This document shows positions 60,078 through 64,000 of a stretch of DNA of 64,000 nucleotides, one piece after another (positions within the stretch are counted from its first letter, which is position 1; every line of letters starts with the position of its first letter). Source of the stretch: Azolla caroliniana. Lineage: Eukaryota > Plantae > Polypodiophyta. Both the position numbers and the translations under genes were made by a program. The notes under the pieces were generated by a model that was not told the DNA's origin, did no database searches, and was given only the letters and a program-made list of their open reading frames with translations. Where the stretch lies: positions 10,974,001 through 11,038,000 of the forward strand of contig JBHGNT010000014.1 in assembly GCA_043228905.1 (NCBI GenBank), in the 5' to 3' direction.

Positions 60078-61312
60078 CTCACTAACAATGTTATATACAT
60101 ATCTTTTGTTAGGGAGATACATGCTCCAACAAATATAGAACAAAACAAAACAAACCTTTACATGTGTGTCTTCAGGATTACTAAGTAAGAGGTAGAGAAG
60201 GGATGTCATTGAGGTGTAACAAACCTTCACATGCCTTCCCTAAAGAATAGTAATCAAGAGGTCCCATTTCGTGATTCACATTATGAAGAAAGTAACCAAG
60301 AGGAGAGAAAGAGACAAAAAAGACAATGAAGGAAACCATTACATAGGTAATGGAAGAGAAACAAAGATAATGTAATCAATCAAACCATGGGGATATAGGA
60401 CCACAAAAAAAAATGAAAATCAAATGGATATTCAAGAATCAAAATAGAAAATATGTAAGTATTTATTAAGATCAAATGGATAGAGAGAGCACTATATAAT
60501 GATAAAGAATCAAAATCATTGCTTAGGAGTGTAGTAAAGATTCTCATATAAGAAACAAACCAATCAAATCAAAAGGTAGATGGAGCAAGAAAGGTAAGGA
60601 TCTATCTACTGTAGTTCATGGGTTTTTCCTTTTGGGATAACCTAAAGATTAGTTTTTATCCTTTACCAGATTCATATTTGGGTGCATTTCACAAATAATG
60701 TGAGTATGTTATATAACATTTGCAAGAATACTTTGACTTGGATTCTCTTGTGTACAAAAGTTATATAAATACATTCAAGATGAAAATGCCTATTGTATGA
60801 ATACCAACATTAAGCCAATCACACTACGAAGTTTCAAAAACTAGAGGGATGGTAAAGTAAAATGGAACCTTGCCAATGTAGCTGATGCATAGCTATTATA
60901 CACGTATTGATTGATACATCAAAGCATGTCAGATGAGCCTACTTACATTTACAGTAGGAACATATATTGATGTATGACTACAATAAGTATGTGGACACAC
61001 CCTCAAATATTTTGTGGAAAGAGAAGACACATATTCATTATCATAAGTGGGCAAAAGGAGAGAAAAAGTCGTGATAAAACCTTTCACTTTTTGTACAAGC
61101 TAACCACAAGAACGTCAAAATGAAGTGTATCTTTTTAAACCATGCATTGTTGATGTAAGCATGAACTCTTCACATGCATGCGTGGATTGCCATTAGGAAA
61201 TTTGAACCTTCATTTTTTGCTAATAAAAATAACTCACTACAAATAAAAAACTAGAAATTAAAGAAAATAATTTAAAACCTAATAACGAGTGATCTTATCT
61301 TAAAAACCCTGA

Positions 61313-61530
61313 ATGACGATATGAAGAGATGCACATACGTACAATTTGCATTCATATTTATGTTATGCATTCATATTTATGATGATATGAAGAGATGCAC
61401 ATACATACAATTTGCATTCATATTTATGACGATATGAAGAGATGCACATACATACAATTTGCATTCATATTTATGACGATATGAAGAGATGCACATACAT
61501 ACAATTTGCATTCATATTTATGTTATGCAT
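61313..61530. repeat. 47-bp minisatellite, 4 units plus partials
   Basis: Unit ATGACGATATGAAGAGATGCACATACATACAATTTGCATTCATATTT. Confidence 0.9.
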
Positions 61531-62486
61531 AAAAGAGAAAAGCAGATATAAAAGCATTTTCACTTTTCATGGTAAAGAAAATGAGTGAAAAGAACCGACA
61601 CGAGACAAAAAAACTAACTTTACTTTTAAAATCTTGTGGTCCAATAAAGATCAAGGTTCATTCACAATCATATAATAAACTTCCATTCATATTTTAGACC
61701 ACTACAAAATCACCTTTCATGAAATATTGAAAACTAATCCTATCATGAAGTTTATAAAGACAAAAATAATTTACGTTGCCTTTTTTATGTTTGAGTGACA
61801 TCTTTTTGTAGCCTTGAAACATAATCCCGTGAAGAGGTTGACAAGACACAATTCATGTTCATTTTTACATTCAATGGTACATAATCTTTTTGGTCCAAAT
61901 GAGAACTAGTATATCATCCACAATGCACACACACTAACATCTTCAAAACCTATATACATATGTGAGTGTATGTTTGTGATGAATAAGTAGTTCAACAATC
62001 GACAACTTTCTTTTGGATTAAAATAGTCGCAAGATATAGAAAATATAGCATGAGAGAGACACATACACTGTAGACGGTCTTTCATAACGGTCACACAATT
62101 TACATCCACTCATTTTATTTGATAACTTTCTTTTTCTTTTTCCAATTCAAAAAATGCTTTAAAATGTTTGACCCGAAGGCCAAAAAAAATGGCTATGTTT
62201 ACAATGGGGCTTGTTTGCTAGGTGGATTTTATGGGGTTTGCATTGTCAAAATATTTGATGAGATGAAATAAGTTCATTATTTTTGTGTGATTTCTTAGTA
62301 ACCATGACAACCTTCCAAGATATATGGCTTGGTCTGATATGGATAACAACATGAACATGGACTTGAAAAATTGGAGTACCAATGAATGACACCAAAGAAA
62401 TCGACAACAATTGATTGATTGATCAATCGATCATTTAACAAATCCGTCGATTGATGATGGTGATGGTGATAATTGAAGAGTGACAA

Positions 62487-62792
62487 TCAAGCCCAGTAAC
62501 CAATTAGAGACATCGCACCTGCACCACAAAATAGGGCACAGTAGTAGTAAAGTTGTAGCTTAAAGCTGCTTTGAAGCCTTTTGCTAAAGAAATCGGCAGC
62601 AAGAAGGTCGACCAAAGACATGTACACGAGGATGCCCGCCGAAATTGAATCGAATATTCCTGATACTAAGAGGGCAGTTGGACTATTCTCGTCATAGCCA
62701 GATGCTATGGCAATGCCAATGCCGATCCCCAATGGTGTCGTTATCATAAAGAAGAAGGCCATAAGGGATTTCGCGACTAGCTTAAATCCACC
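62487..62792 (-). CDS. ZIP-family Zn/Fe transporter, last coding exon
   Basis: AG acceptor at 62794-62793; FFMITTPLGIGIG, SAGILVYMSLVDLLAADF, MSLIGYWA-stop. Confidence 0.95.
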   Translation of the reverse strand, partial: GGFKLVAKSLMAFFFMITTPLGIGIGIAIASGYDENSPTALLVSGIFDSISAGILVYMSLVDLLAADFFSKRLQSSFKLQLYYYCALFCGAGAMSLIGYWA

Positions 62793-62814
62793 CTACACAA
62801 TAAATAACACATGC

Positions 62815-62896
62815 CTCTCTCTCTCTCTCTCGCTCTCTCTTAGAAGACGTTAATATATCTTTCTTTCTTTCTTTCTCTCTTGCACGTGTGTGCGCA

Positions 62897-62930
<34 letters not shown>
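62815..62930. repeat. (CT)n and (AC)n microsatellites in the ZIP intron
   Basis: Directly visible in the sequence. Confidence 0.9.
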
Positions 62931-62932
<2 letters not shown>

Positions 62933-63080
62933 ACTCCTATTAATGCATGTGAAGAAACTTAAAAAAAACATGTTCCCTTGTATATCAATACACAACCTTT
63001 TTTAACATATGTCTAAGATGCATAATTAAGTTTGTTCCCAAAAAAATTGCATACAAAATCTTTGTTTCTTCTTTCTTTAC

Positions 63081-63230
63081 CTGCGCAACGCATCCGCCAA
63101 GTGCAATGCCTTCGAAGAATTGATGGAACGTTAGTGCGGCAAACAATGGCCTCACGGTGCATGGGCTATATGAAGTTCCCAAGGTAACGCCGATGATCAC
63201 TGAATGAGCAACAATTCCAGCCTCTAGCAC
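63081..63230 (-). CDS. ZIP-family transporter, middle exon (TM4-TM5)
   Basis: GT-AG bounded, 150 bp; [14 protein letters not shown] and [12 protein letters not shown] signatures. Confidence 0.95.
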
Positions 63231-63680
63231 CTGCACACACACTAATAAATCCAAAATACGAACCCAAAGTCCCAAACAAAAGTAAAGAATAGAACAAAAA
63301 ACAAAGGGCAGGATAATCTTTGGGGCTCGATAGCCTTAACACATATGTGAGTGATCATGGAATGTGCATTCATTTTCAACCGACATTCTTTGGATCACAA
63401 TATCTTGACTACATGATCTTTGGTTAGGTTCCCACATGTGGGATATAGAGCCACATATTTCTCATATGTTTCACACATGGTTCCCTACCCACAAATGTCT
63501 AGAATGCTTGATTCATGAAACTTTTAAGCCTAACCTCGCTCTATTTCAATCTCACATGATGCAAAAAAGAAGAAGAAGAAGAAGATATGTCCAAGGAAAC
63601 AGAATTTACAGATGAAAGAGTTAGCAAACATGCAAAGATGAATGTTGGGTAAAAAAAAAAACATAGAATTTTGCAATCAC

Positions 63681-64000
63681 CTGAGAGATAATGCGCTGCC
63701 GAATCTGCATCTTCATAGCTTCGGCTTCGCCAGCGACGGAGACGACACCGTGACCGTGGCCGTGGCCGTGGCCGTGGCTGTGACCATGGATGGGTGAACT
63801 AACTTGCTTCTCTGATGAGCCATCAGTAGCAGTAGTGGGATGAGGAAGGTGAAGACCATTCTCATCATCATCACCATCACCATCATGTGAAGCTAGTTTG
63901 TTCTTGTTCTGGTAATAGGTGTTGGCCCAGAAGTCGATCAAGAGGGTGGTGAGGGCGGAGAACATGGAGATGAGGCCGGCGAAAGGGAATTTGCCCCACG
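63681..64000 (-). CDS. ZIP-family transporter, upstream exon (partial; TM3 and His-rich loop)
   Basis: WGKFPFAGLISM, HGHSHGHGHGHGH, RQRIISQ followed by a GT donor; continues beyond the window. Confidence 0.93.

Overview
Eukaryotic, almost certainly land-plant DNA (inference: a non-seed plant such as a fern or bryophyte). Positions 1-60100 are a deeply nested block of retrotransposons. The last ~1.5 kb holds the 3' exons of an intact ZIP metal-transporter gene (minus strand, running off the window). LTR pairs, PBS/PPT sites, target-site duplications (TSDs) and restored host reading frames give this nest: Tcn1-like gypsy B > Trp-primed gypsy C (11558-56223) > D (16031-52478) > E (22506-51340) > F (23431-37337) > copia G (26281-31814). 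Copia H (39261-44889, apparently identical LTRs, intact ORF) sits in E. The window also has chromovirus A (202-8153), two solo LTRs, copia remnants and a truncated LINE. The most interesting signal is a shared design in the tRNA-Trp-primed gypsy lineage (C, D, E, F and one solo LTR): 4-bp TSDs centred on CpG; a G_GAU_UUU -1 frameshift with a covarying pseudoknot placed after the protease; a covarying U5-PBS-leader three-way RNA junction; a conserved pre-PPT hairpin; a DHG protease motif; and tRNA-like Pol III modules in some LTRs. All alignments were done by eye, and lineage names need database confirmation.
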